Shown here: positions 35,680 to 42,794 of the stretch, piece after piece
Layout: every line of letters begins with the position of its first letter
How positions within the stretch are numbered: the first letter of the stretch is position 1
Sequence record: NC_021529.2
Direction: 5' to 3' (one strand)
DNA length: 64,000 nucleotides
The notes under the pieces: model-generated
What the model saw: the letters and a program-made list of their open reading frames with translations, nothing else
Told to the model about the DNA's origin: nothing
Databases searched by the model: none
Position numbers and translations under genes: made by a program

Positions 35680-35992
35680 TTTGTTCTTTAACTTTGTTTA
35701 TGATACTCTGCAATCAAAGTACGATAAACAAAATTTTCAATTTATTTTCATTTTATTCAGATAATAAAAAGGACGCTATTTGCGTCCTCAAGTATACTTC
35801 TATGTTATACTATCGGACTACAAGAGGGGATCCCAGTTTTGTTTCGCACACGGATTCGCTAGATACACGAATTCTGAGCGCAGAAAATCGCTGCGTAAAA
35901 TCTCAGTTGAATGTGTAATCGAATGTGTCATTGAATGCTCTCTTGCAAAAATTAAAATTGTTTTTCTTCTTTATTTTATTTATATTCGTGTT

Positions 35993-36901
35993 TCAATCGT
36001 ATAGACAAATTTTACCATGTTTTTCAAAATATTTTAAAATTTCTTCATATTCAACGTCAGAAAGTGTGCGAAATTCACGAAATCCGTCACCAGTAGAAGC
36101 GTCGTAAGGAAGTCTTGTGTATTTTTTATGCAAGTACGATTCATGCATACGAGCATCATTAACAGTTATAGACAATAAATTGTGTATATCAGTCCCACGT
36201 TTTCTCGCACATTCATACACTCTCTGTTTGACACGATAACTATTGCAAATTCCAATCTTACAATTTCCAGCATCATCAGTCCACATGTATAACCCATCGT
36301 GATTTCGATTTGAACATCCCGGACACCCAGAATAAAACTTCAGATTGGCTATTACAGGATTCCACGTCAATTCACACACATGACATGTATGCTCCCATGT
36401 CTTCCCAGAATTAGTGCCCCACGCATCGTTGTAAGGCGAAACAGTCAATGAAGGGTGTCTAGATTTTATAAATTCAACATATTCATCGTACGTATTCTTA
36501 CGACGGCACTCGGGACAGGAATATTTAGAAGTCCACGATACATTTCGCGAGTATTCACTACCACAGTCATGACAATGAAATTCAACTCTATTTCTGCCTC
36601 CTTTACCGTTACCAATATGAACGTATTCATGTTTGATAAGTTCGATTTGAGGATATTTTTCCTCGTGGGTTATGCGAAATTCTTCAAATTTCTCGTTGCG
36701 AACACATCGTTCACATGGCACAGTACCGTGCTTTGAAATTCGAGAATCTGACACTATATGAAAATCACCGCAAACAATACATTCTAGATAGTGATATGAA
36801 TCTAGAATTCTATGTTCCCCAAACCCATCAATAATATCACAACTTTGCTCAATTTCTGGTTTGAGTTCGGGATCTGAACATGAGCACTTATACGATATCA
36901 A
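35993..36901 (-). CDS. Zinc-ribbon repeat + GIY-YIG/T5orf172-type endonuclease
   Basis: Several CxxC pairs; LYMW..CKIGI..R..E..LH..Y..G..E.F. Confidence 0.7.
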   Translation of the reverse strand: MISYKCSCSDPELKPEIEQSCDIIDGFGEHRILDSYHYLECIVCGDFHIVSDSRISKHGTVPCERCVRNEKFEEFRITHEEKYPQIELIKHEYVHIGNGKGGRNRVEFHCHDCGSEYSRNVSWTSKYSCPECRRKNTYDEYVEFIKSRHPSLTVSPYNDAWGTNSGKTWEHTCHVCELTWNPVIANLKFYSGCPGCSNRNHDGLYMWTDDAGNCKIGICNSYRVKQRVYECARKRGTDIHNLLSITVNDARMHESYLHKKYTRLPYDASTGDGFREFRTLSDVEYEEILKYFEKHGKICLYD

Positions 36902-37181
36902 AGATTCTACAGCACGTCTAGCACCGTTTGTTTTCTTCAGTTCAATTTCACCAAAAGCAATTCACAGTCACTCTATCAATCTCAGGTGACATTTCTAATT
37001 TAGTCACACTTAGTCGTTCGAGTCCGGAAATGATAAATTCATAGCGCGCCAATTTAGATTTAGTTGGCGCGCTCATGCAGCCATTAGTTTTAGAGTGATT
37101 GTCAATTATAATCATAACATCTCATTCAATTATGAAGTTCTCAATATAATGTATCACAATTGACATATACTTGCAAATTAA

Positions 37182-37415
37182 TTAACCTAGATGCTTACGC
37201 TTATTCATTTCAACTAGAATTTCATCGTTGTAATGCTTGTTAAGCTGTACAAACTTCTTGTGTTGATCTTCTGTCAACTCATTCGTGTCATTTAGGTGCT
37301 TCAAGAACCCAAGAGGCTTACGAAACGACTTACGATACTCGTTCAGACGTTCATCTGTTAGATTATGCAACTGTTTCGGAGTAAGCAGTACTTTATTAAT
37401 ATCAAAATTACTCAT
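37182..37415 (-). CDS. Hypothetical protein
   Basis: GAGG SD. Confidence 0.6.
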   Translation of the reverse strand: MSNFDINKVLLTPKQLHNLTDERLNEYRKSFRKPLGFLKHLNDTNELTEDQHKKFVQLNKHYNDEILVEMNKRKHLG

Positions 37416-37440
37416 GTGTAACCTCTCTTTGTTTGTAAAA

Positions 37441-37556
37441 TGGTAGTCGGGGCTGGATTCGAACCAGCGACCACGTGCTTAACAGGCAATTGAAAGAGTG
37501 CTGGAGCGATACTTGACAGTATCATTCTTCGTGCTCTACCACTGAGCTACCCGACT
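37441..37556 (-). tRNA. tRNA-Asn(GTT) with a 41-nt insertion between nt 28 and 29
   Basis: Removing 37489-37529 gives a 75-nt cloverleaf with CGTGC/GCACG stem and CCA. Confidence 0.75.
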
Positions 37557-37561
37557 GTAAA

Positions 37562-37852
37562 TTATATGTTGAACTCACCACGTTCGAACGCTGCTAAGAA
37601 CTCAGCAGTTGAATCAAATGCAATGTATTCTTTACCAGTATGTTCTTTTGTTCGAACTCTAACTTTACCACCGCGAACTGCAACTTCGAATTGCCCGTGT
37701 TTAACATGAGCGTCTTTACGAACTGAACCTGACATCATTTTCTCAAGTTTCTTCGCAAAGTTTACGTCGTTGACGGTAGTAGGATTCTGTGGCATAAGTT
37801 TATCCCAACGAGAATCGCGCATTTCTGTAACAAACTCATCGAAAGTTTTCAT
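37562..37852 (-). CDS. Internal-protein-like late protein
   Basis: MKTFDEFVTE; CATAAATA at 37875-37882. Confidence 0.7.
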   Translation of the reverse strand: MKTFDEFVTEMRDSRWDKLMPQNPTTVNDVNFAKKLEKMMSGSVRKDAHVKHGQFEVAVRGGKVRVRTKEHTGKEYIAFDSTAEFLAAFERGEFNI

Positions 37853-37877
37853 TGTACTCTCCTTTTAAAGAAAGTAT

Positions 37878-38405
37878 TTATGTTCGAAGTTTGAACTTCA
37901 GATTTCGCCATTCAAATTTGGATACGTTTCGATTATGATAAAACGAATCCCAGTCAATTGAAATAGGACAATTCTTACTACCAACACGAGCTATGAATAC
38001 GTCGTGAGTCTTTCCGTATCGCTTTCTAAGCTCGTTTACGCGCTTATCGTAGTTAGCGATATAATCAGAGCAAGCTTTGTTATACGCAGCTTTAGAGAAG
38101 CGTTCAGTGCCTGCAAAACTACCGCTTAGATACGGACGGATTACTCGTACACGTTCAGTCGACCATCCCATATTGAAACTGTTCTCAATTTCACCCATGA
38201 TCTTGCCAGTCTTTTTACAACGAGCTAGAATAACCCAACAACGCTCACGTCGAAAATCTTTTCGAGTGTACACATTAACATGTTCTTCGACATAATTAGC
38301 GTGTTTGTTGTTGTAAATCGCTCGAAGACGCTTTCTCTCTTCAGGATCCATTGCAGCACGTTCTTCTTTAGAGAACGCTTGCGCAAATGTCATCGGCACA
38401 TTCAT
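37878..38405 (-). CDS. Hypothetical protein
   Basis: 175-aa ORF with ATGA coupling. Confidence 0.7.
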   Translation of the reverse strand: MNVPMTFAQAFSKEERAAMDPEERKRLRAIYNNKHANYVEEHVNVYTRKDFRRERCWVILARCKKTGKIMGEIENSFNMGWSTERVRVIRPYLSGSFAGTERFSKAAYNKACSDYIANYDKRVNELRKRYGKTHDVFIARVGSKNCPISIDWDSFYHNRNVSKFEWRNLKFKLRT

Positions 38406-38611
38406 ATCATACCTCGCTTACGCTTCAACTGACTTCGCTCAATCTGAGTAGTAATTTGCTTGTCTTTAGCTTTACTGCGACGAGAATTACCCCATCGAAA
38501 CCCAGCGCATAATCCGTGTTGATCACGCTTTAGCTTTTTTGCAAGCCAATGCGGGATATCTTCACCTTTACGCTGGTAATGCTTAGCAATATCAGTATAC
38601 GTTTTACCCAT
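38402..38611 (-). CDS. Small basic protein
   Basis: GGAGA SD. Confidence 0.6.
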   Translation of the reverse strand: MGKTYTDIAKHYQRKGEDIPHWLAKKLKRDQHGLCAGFRWGNSRRSKAKDKQITTQIERSQLKRKRGMI

Positions 38612-38622
38612 AATATTCTCCG

Positions 38623-38861
38623 TGGACGGGTGGGAGAATCGAACTCCCTACTGGCGCAACACATCGTCAACCCGATAAGAGTTTCGAAGTAAGAGCCTAT
38701 CAGCATATCAAATTCATTGTCTTTATTTCAACACACGACATTTCGACCTGTCAATGTGTCTTTTCTCGACACGTCCGAGTGATTCAGCACCATCACAGAT
38801 AGCGAATCTGCAACTGTACTAATGTTCGGCATACACTGCACACAGAGCACCAAGCCCCGCC
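38623..38861 (-). ncRNA. About 240-nt RNA with a 3' T arm and acceptor-like stem (tmRNA/T4 rnaC-D-like)
   Basis: 5' GGCGGGG, 3' GGGAG-TTCGATT-CTCCC-ACCCGTCCA. Confidence 0.45.
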
Positions 38862-38872
38862 ATAATAAATTG

Positions 38873-38950
38873 TGGTGACCCCAACAGGACTCGAACCTGT
38901 AACCTACCGATTATGAGTCGGTTGCTCTAACCGAGTTGAGCTATAGGACC
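38873..38950 (-). tRNA. tRNA CAT, probably Ile2 (lysidine type)
   Basis: Loop CTCATAA, ileX-like body, CCA. Confidence 0.85.
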
Positions 38951-38954
38951 ACGA

Positions 38955-39323
38955 TTATCTTTCAAGAAATCGACCAATCTTCGCTGCAAAAATGTTCTCT
39001 TCTTCTGCAATCAGAGCAACAGATTTTACTTGATGAAATACATCTTGATCATGTAAGTTATCTAGTTTACCTGCACATTTTGTCAGTTCTTTGATTGTAC
39101 GTCTAATCTCTATGCCGTCATGCTGACTTACTTCAGGATGCGTGTTGAGATTATCCATAACGGGAATTATTTTACCATAACATCCCATTCCGATAAAGTT
39201 TATCACAAGTCTATACTGCATTTCAACAGCAAATGAGCAATATTTTCTAAGATTGCGCTTTACAATTTCACAGCGATGTAAAATGCAATCTAACTCGCTG
39301 TTTATCTCATCAAACTTATTCAT
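38955..39323 (-). CDS. Hypothetical protein
   Basis: GAGG SD before MNKFDE. Confidence 0.6.
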   Translation of the reverse strand: MNKFDEINSELDCILHRCEIVKRNLRKYCSFAVEMQYRLVINFIGMGCYGKIIPVMDNLNTHPEVSQHDGIEIRRTIKELTKCAGKLDNLHDQDVFHQVKSVALIAEEENIFAAKIGRFLER

Positions 39324-39341
39324 AAACCCTCGTTTAAATCT

Positions 39342-39456
39342 GAGGTGAAGTGCAGGACTCGAACCTGCGACATCCGGCGTGCATGTGAATGCAGCATGAA
39401 ATCTTATCAGACTTCTTTTTTGGGCCGGCGCTCTAACCAACTGAGCTAACTTCACC
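39342..39456 (-). ncRNA. tRNA-like RNA with a 45-nt two-hairpin insert replacing the anticodon loop
   Basis: Canonical D and T arms, CCGGC/GCCGG stem, G-1:C73, ends TCA. Confidence 0.65.
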
Positions 39457-39469
39457 ATTGTAAAAACAC

Positions 39470-39599
39470 ATTGATGCGGGTGCAGGATTCGAACCTGCGT
39501 CACGATCTTATGAATGATATGCGAATTGATTGCCGTACAGATTCTTAACAGAATCAGTTTTTTGCTACGTGTGCTGCCACTACACCAACCCGCATCAAT
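39470..39599 (-). ncRNA. tRNA-like RNA (CAT, 8-nt loop) with a 49-nt insertion at 28/29
   Basis: 12-bp terminal stem, D and T arms, TACGGCAATCAATT motif. Confidence 0.65.
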
Positions 39600-39867
39600 A
39601 TGTTTTCGAGAGTGCTTGCATAGACCTAACGGTAATTCCCTACACAAGCACCAAAAAATCCTATTATATTTGCCTTAGCTAATCACAACACAACCTGGAG
39701 TCGTGCGCTTTAAGTACGGGTTGATTGACCCGTTCGCGTATGATTAGCGTAAAAGTATGATTACGCACCTTTTCTTCTTCAATGTCCAAGGCAAAAAGGA
39801 CGATGAATACTAGTGCGAGAAGATATACAATCAAATTGTTCACCTCGCTTAAACAGTGAGAGTACAT

Positions 39868-39990
39868 TGGTCGAGTGTAACAGAATCGAACTGTTCCCAC
39901 GATCTCCCTATGATATGCGTAAATTGGTTGCTGAATATAATCATGTCTGATTACAGTATGCTACGTGTGCTGCCACTACACCAACACTCG
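39868..39990 (-). tRNA. tRNA-Pro(AGG)-like with a 49-nt insertion at 28/29
   Basis: C1:G72, A73, CCA, loop ATAGGGA; 74-nt cloverleaf once the insert is removed. Confidence 0.7.
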
Positions 39991-40005
39991 ACCAATGTAC
40001 TCTCG

Positions 40006-40156
40006 ATATTTTAAATGTGCGCTACTTGCACGCCGACTGAGCGAATTTTAACTCAGCTAGTTTTTGTTCGTGAGCTAGTCCGCTAAGACTTCTCGCTGCT
40101 CGGCAGAACTTACCTGCCCCTATGTATTCATTGCGGCTAACGCACATTTAAAATAT
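40006..40156 (-). ncRNA. Multibranch structured RNA closed by a 16-bp stem
   Basis: ATATTTTAAATGTGCG/CGCACATTTAAAATAT with internal hairpins. Confidence 0.45.
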
Positions 40157-40160
40157 TACT

Positions 40161-40260
40161 CATCTTCAGCAAAGAGACAGAAACGATGAGTCTAGTCTGT
40201 TTATCAAAGTGTTCATCTTCAAGAAGAGGCGAAAACGATGAACTTAGTTCGCTTAATCAA
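40161..40260 (-). repeat. Two 47-nt tandem leader repeats with covarying stems
   Basis: 40161-40207 and 40214-40260. Confidence 0.6.
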
Positions 40261-40265
40261 CTGTG

Positions 40266-40400
40266 TTAATCTTAACATCTTTTCAGTGTAAGTCAACAAC
40301 TTTTTTCATTTATTTCATCGAGTTGAAAGTTTTTGTTTCTGTTTCTGTCTCTCGACTCGATGAAATACATTCTACAGACTTATTTTCGAAAGTCAACAAC
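40266..40400 (-). promoter_or_regulatory. Two strong tandem early promoters at the head of the RNA cluster
   Basis: GTTGTTGACT-17-TAAGAT and GTTGTTGACT-17-TAGAAT, with A-rich UP elements. Confidence 0.75.
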
Positions 40401-40414
40401 TTTTTCAAATTAAT

Positions 40415-40669
40415 TTAAACAGAAAGAATAATACCGCTTTCTGTCTCACCGCGCTCAAGCGCAGCATGTTTGATCTGTAGTTGTGATACCGCTTGTTGAA
40501 GCTCAAGAATAGCTTTGTCATAAAGCTTGTTGTTCTCTTTAAGCAAAGTAATCTGATCAGTCTGTAAGCCGACAATATACGTCAATAGAACGACGCTCTC
40601 ATCTGAATTAAGTGATTCAGGGTCTTCTTGATACTTCTTCAATACTGCTTCGGTAGATAGATCAGTCAT
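40415..40669 (-). CDS. Coiled-coil hypothetical protein
   Basis: Overlaps the 57B stop. Confidence 0.65.
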   Translation of the reverse strand: MTDLSTEAVLKKYQEDPESLNSDESVVLLTYIVGLQTDQITLLKENNKLYDKAILELQQAVSQLQIKHAALERGETESGIILSV

Positions 40670-41117
40670 TGTTAGCAACCCAATTTAAGTCTAGTGGTTC
40701 GATGTATTCATCAACAAGCCGAACTTCAGCGTTAACAAACATCGGTGTGATAACGTCATCATAAGATAACGTAACGTGAGGTTGATAGTCAGGGTAATCG
40801 TGTGTACCACCGATAGAGATAAGGTCTTCGTGACGCTCGACAAGTTCAGGACATGTCATTTTAGCAACAACTGCGTGCTTACCGTCTTGCGTTTTCCAGC
40901 AGTCAATTTGTTCGACAGTGGCAACGAAAGTTGTATCTACGGTAGGAACATCAATTTGTTTGCGACTAAAAAGCACAGTCACATGAAAATCATCTGGATC
41001 TAGCGGATTTTGCAGACGAAGCGTTTTCTGCAATTGAATAAGTTCTTGCTTACTCGCTTCGTCTACTTTGATACCAACGTAAGTTCCCTGACTTTCAAGG
41101 AACTTAGATAGTTTCAT
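40662..41117 (-). CDS. gp57B: 2H phosphoesterase, T4 gp57B/Acb1 homologue
   Basis: HVT x2; LRLQNP..HVT..FSR aligns to T4 57B; syntenic with 57A and gene 1. Confidence 0.85.
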   Translation of the reverse strand: MKLSKFLESQGTYVGIKVDEASKQELIQLQKTLRLQNPLDPDDFHVTVLFSRKQIDVPTVDTTFVATVEQIDCWKTQDGKHAVVAKMTCPELVERHEDLISIGGTHDYPDYQPHVTLSYDDVITPMFVNAEVRLVDEYIEPLDLNWVANND

Positions 41118-41392
41118 TATTCAGCTTCTTCTTCTGTTGGTTCAGCAGGAGTTTCACCGGCAACTGGGCGCTCAGCCTTACCAGTAATGAAAGCGATTTC
41201 GTCAACATAGTTCTGTAGTGAACTTGCTTTTTCCTGATCGAAATCAAGTAGTTGCGCTAGTACGTTAACGAATTGACCGAAAGAGCTACGTTCTGCTTGA
41301 AGTGCTTCTTGTAGGTCAAAGGTACGAACTTTAAGATCTTTGATTACTTCGCCTTGCTGTTCGATTACTTGTTCTGGAGTTTGTTGTGACAT
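41117..41392 (-). CDS. gp57A: Tail fibre chaperone gp57A-like
   Basis: Coiled coil, acidic tail, position between gene 1 and 57B. Confidence 0.6.
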   Translation of the reverse strand: MSQQTPEQVIEQQGEVIKDLKVRTFDLQEALQAERSSFGQFVNVLAQLLDFDQEKASSLQNYVDEIAFITGKAERPVAGETPAEPTEEEAE

Positions 41393-41401
41393 TTCTTCAC
41401 C

Positions 41402-42040
41402 TTAAAATAAATTGTTAATTTGTTCATGTAGTTCTTCAAGAGAACCATTATTGTCTATTTGAATCGCGTCATTGATGTGACCCAACTCAGTATCGCTAAT
41501 GTGATTTGATGCAAGCGAACCGTCTCTGGTTACCTGAAGCATCGTGCCACCAAGCTCTTGTACTAATTGCAATTCGTTTTCAAAACGAACATCAGTAATT
41601 ATAAAGACTAAATTAGGATTGTTAAACACTAGCTCATTGTATTTATTGCGTGCGTAATTTATCCAATGCTGATCGTCAAGTGAACGAGCGACATCAGTAC
41701 CAGTCATTTGCAATAAATCTCGAATACTGAACAATCCAGTATGTCGTAAAAGCGAGTAATACACATAATTATAATCAGCATCAACCTTTGCGTATTCACA
41801 GCAAGTCAATACGATTTCTACCGCTTCGTCGAAAGTGAATGTAGGGACTTCTCTATCAAAATTGTTTTGCCCGTCGATGTCTGCGTACTCATAGCCATAT
41901 TCTTTCAGTTTAATAAACAAACCCTCTTTAATCGGGTCTGCAAATTTGTAAATGTAAGCATTGTCACTATGAGATTCTTTTAGGATTTCAGCGACTGTAT
42001 CTTTGCCAGAACGCTTCTGCCCATTGATTCCTATTATCAT
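41402..42040 (-). CDS. gp1: Deoxynucleoside monophosphate kinase
   Basis: GQKRSGKDT, RDLLQ..GT, ITDVRF.NE. Confidence 0.9.
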   Translation of the reverse strand: MIIGINGQKRSGKDTVAEILKESHSDNAYIYKFADPIKEGLFIKLKEYGYEYADIDGQNNFDREVPTFTFDEAVEIVLTCCEYAKVDADYNYVYYSLLRHTGLFSIRDLLQMTGTDVARSLDDQHWINYARNKYNELVFNNPNLVFIITDVRFENELQLVQELGGTMLQVTRDGSLASNHISDTELGHINDAIQIDNNGSLEELHEQINNLF

Positions 42041-42254
42041 AATGAGTTACCAGTCAATTATTGTTTCGTGTCTTGATTATACGACGAAAGTGGAGTTATC
42101 TAAACAGAACTCCATTCTCATTCCCTAATATCTCTAATTCCTCTAACTTCACTAAAACCCCTAATACTACTAAGATGATGCGGAATTTTTCCGCCTCACC
42201 AACTTCAATCTCCGCTTCGCTCAGTTTCAGATACAAAAAAGCCCCGAAGGGGCT

Positions 42255-42794
42255 TTAAAGACTGTCAGTATAAGGTGAGATAGTAATCTCTTTCCCATCG
42301 ACTTTATGAATCATTTCGAAGTAAGCATATTCGAACTCAACATCACAAGTTACAGTTTCAACATCACCAGATTCAGTATAGTTCCATTCTATTGCACTTA
42401 GTGACTTTGGGAATGGGTTGATGAATCGATATGTTGCTATGACTTTATCTTTGTTGTTGTCTAATACATGCAATAGCATCGTTACTGGAACTTTACCATC
42501 ACTGTTACTAGGTCCTGTTGGGTTATTCATGGTGATCATCCACTTGTATAACTCAGCATAGGTACGCATTTCTTCATCGACTAGAAATTGAATTGATAAG
42601 TCATCATAAGAAGTACCAGACCCTGCTATATTGTTGTTAGCTAGTTTTGAATACTTCGGTCCGCGACTAACACTTGCAACTTCCATGTTAACACCAGGAA
42701 TAGTGGCAGTTTGTATCTGCCACTGAAATGTTTCTGTTGCACCATTATCTGGAATGTCGATTCGGAAATTATTCTTCATCGTCAAGTTTTTCAT
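42255..42794 (-). CDS. gp3: Tail tube terminator
   Basis: Q..TIPG, YD.L...FLVDE.M..Y..LY.WM. Confidence 0.85.
   Translation of the reverse strand: MKNLTMKNNFRIDIPDNGATETFQWQIQTATIPGVNMEVASVSRGPKYSKLANNNIAGSGTSYDDLSIQFLVDEEMRTYAELYKWMITMNNPTGPSNSDGKVPVTMLLHVLDNNKDKVIATYRFINPFPKSLSAIEWNYTESGDVETVTCDVEFEYAYFEMIHKVDGKEITISPYTDSL

Noticed and set aside
35900-35945. GAATGTGT repeats as replication iterons
   Set aside because: Only three short degenerate copies and no other origin features.
38623-38861. Definite tmRNA call
   Set aside because: No G3:U70 alanine acceptor and no terminated tag frame; kept only as tRNA-ended ncRNA.
27853-39900. ORF-track calls spanning tRNAs (27853, 28924, 29880, 34099, 34323, 34457, 35095, extended 38955-39647)
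   Set aside because: They overlap clear tRNA or ncRNA cloverleaves and lack SD sites; only trimmed versions were kept.
39679-39900. Small membrane ORF
   Set aside because: The 5' part overlaps the Pro-like RNA; a shorter GTG start is possible but unsupported.
40150-40215. Hammerhead ribozyme (CTGAAGA) and GACGAAA in the long RNAs
   Set aside because: I could not assemble the three stems and the full core by eye.
27588-40260. CRISPR array or mini-array among the repeated motifs
   Set aside because: No regular repeat-spacer period and no cas genes; the repeats are structural motifs.
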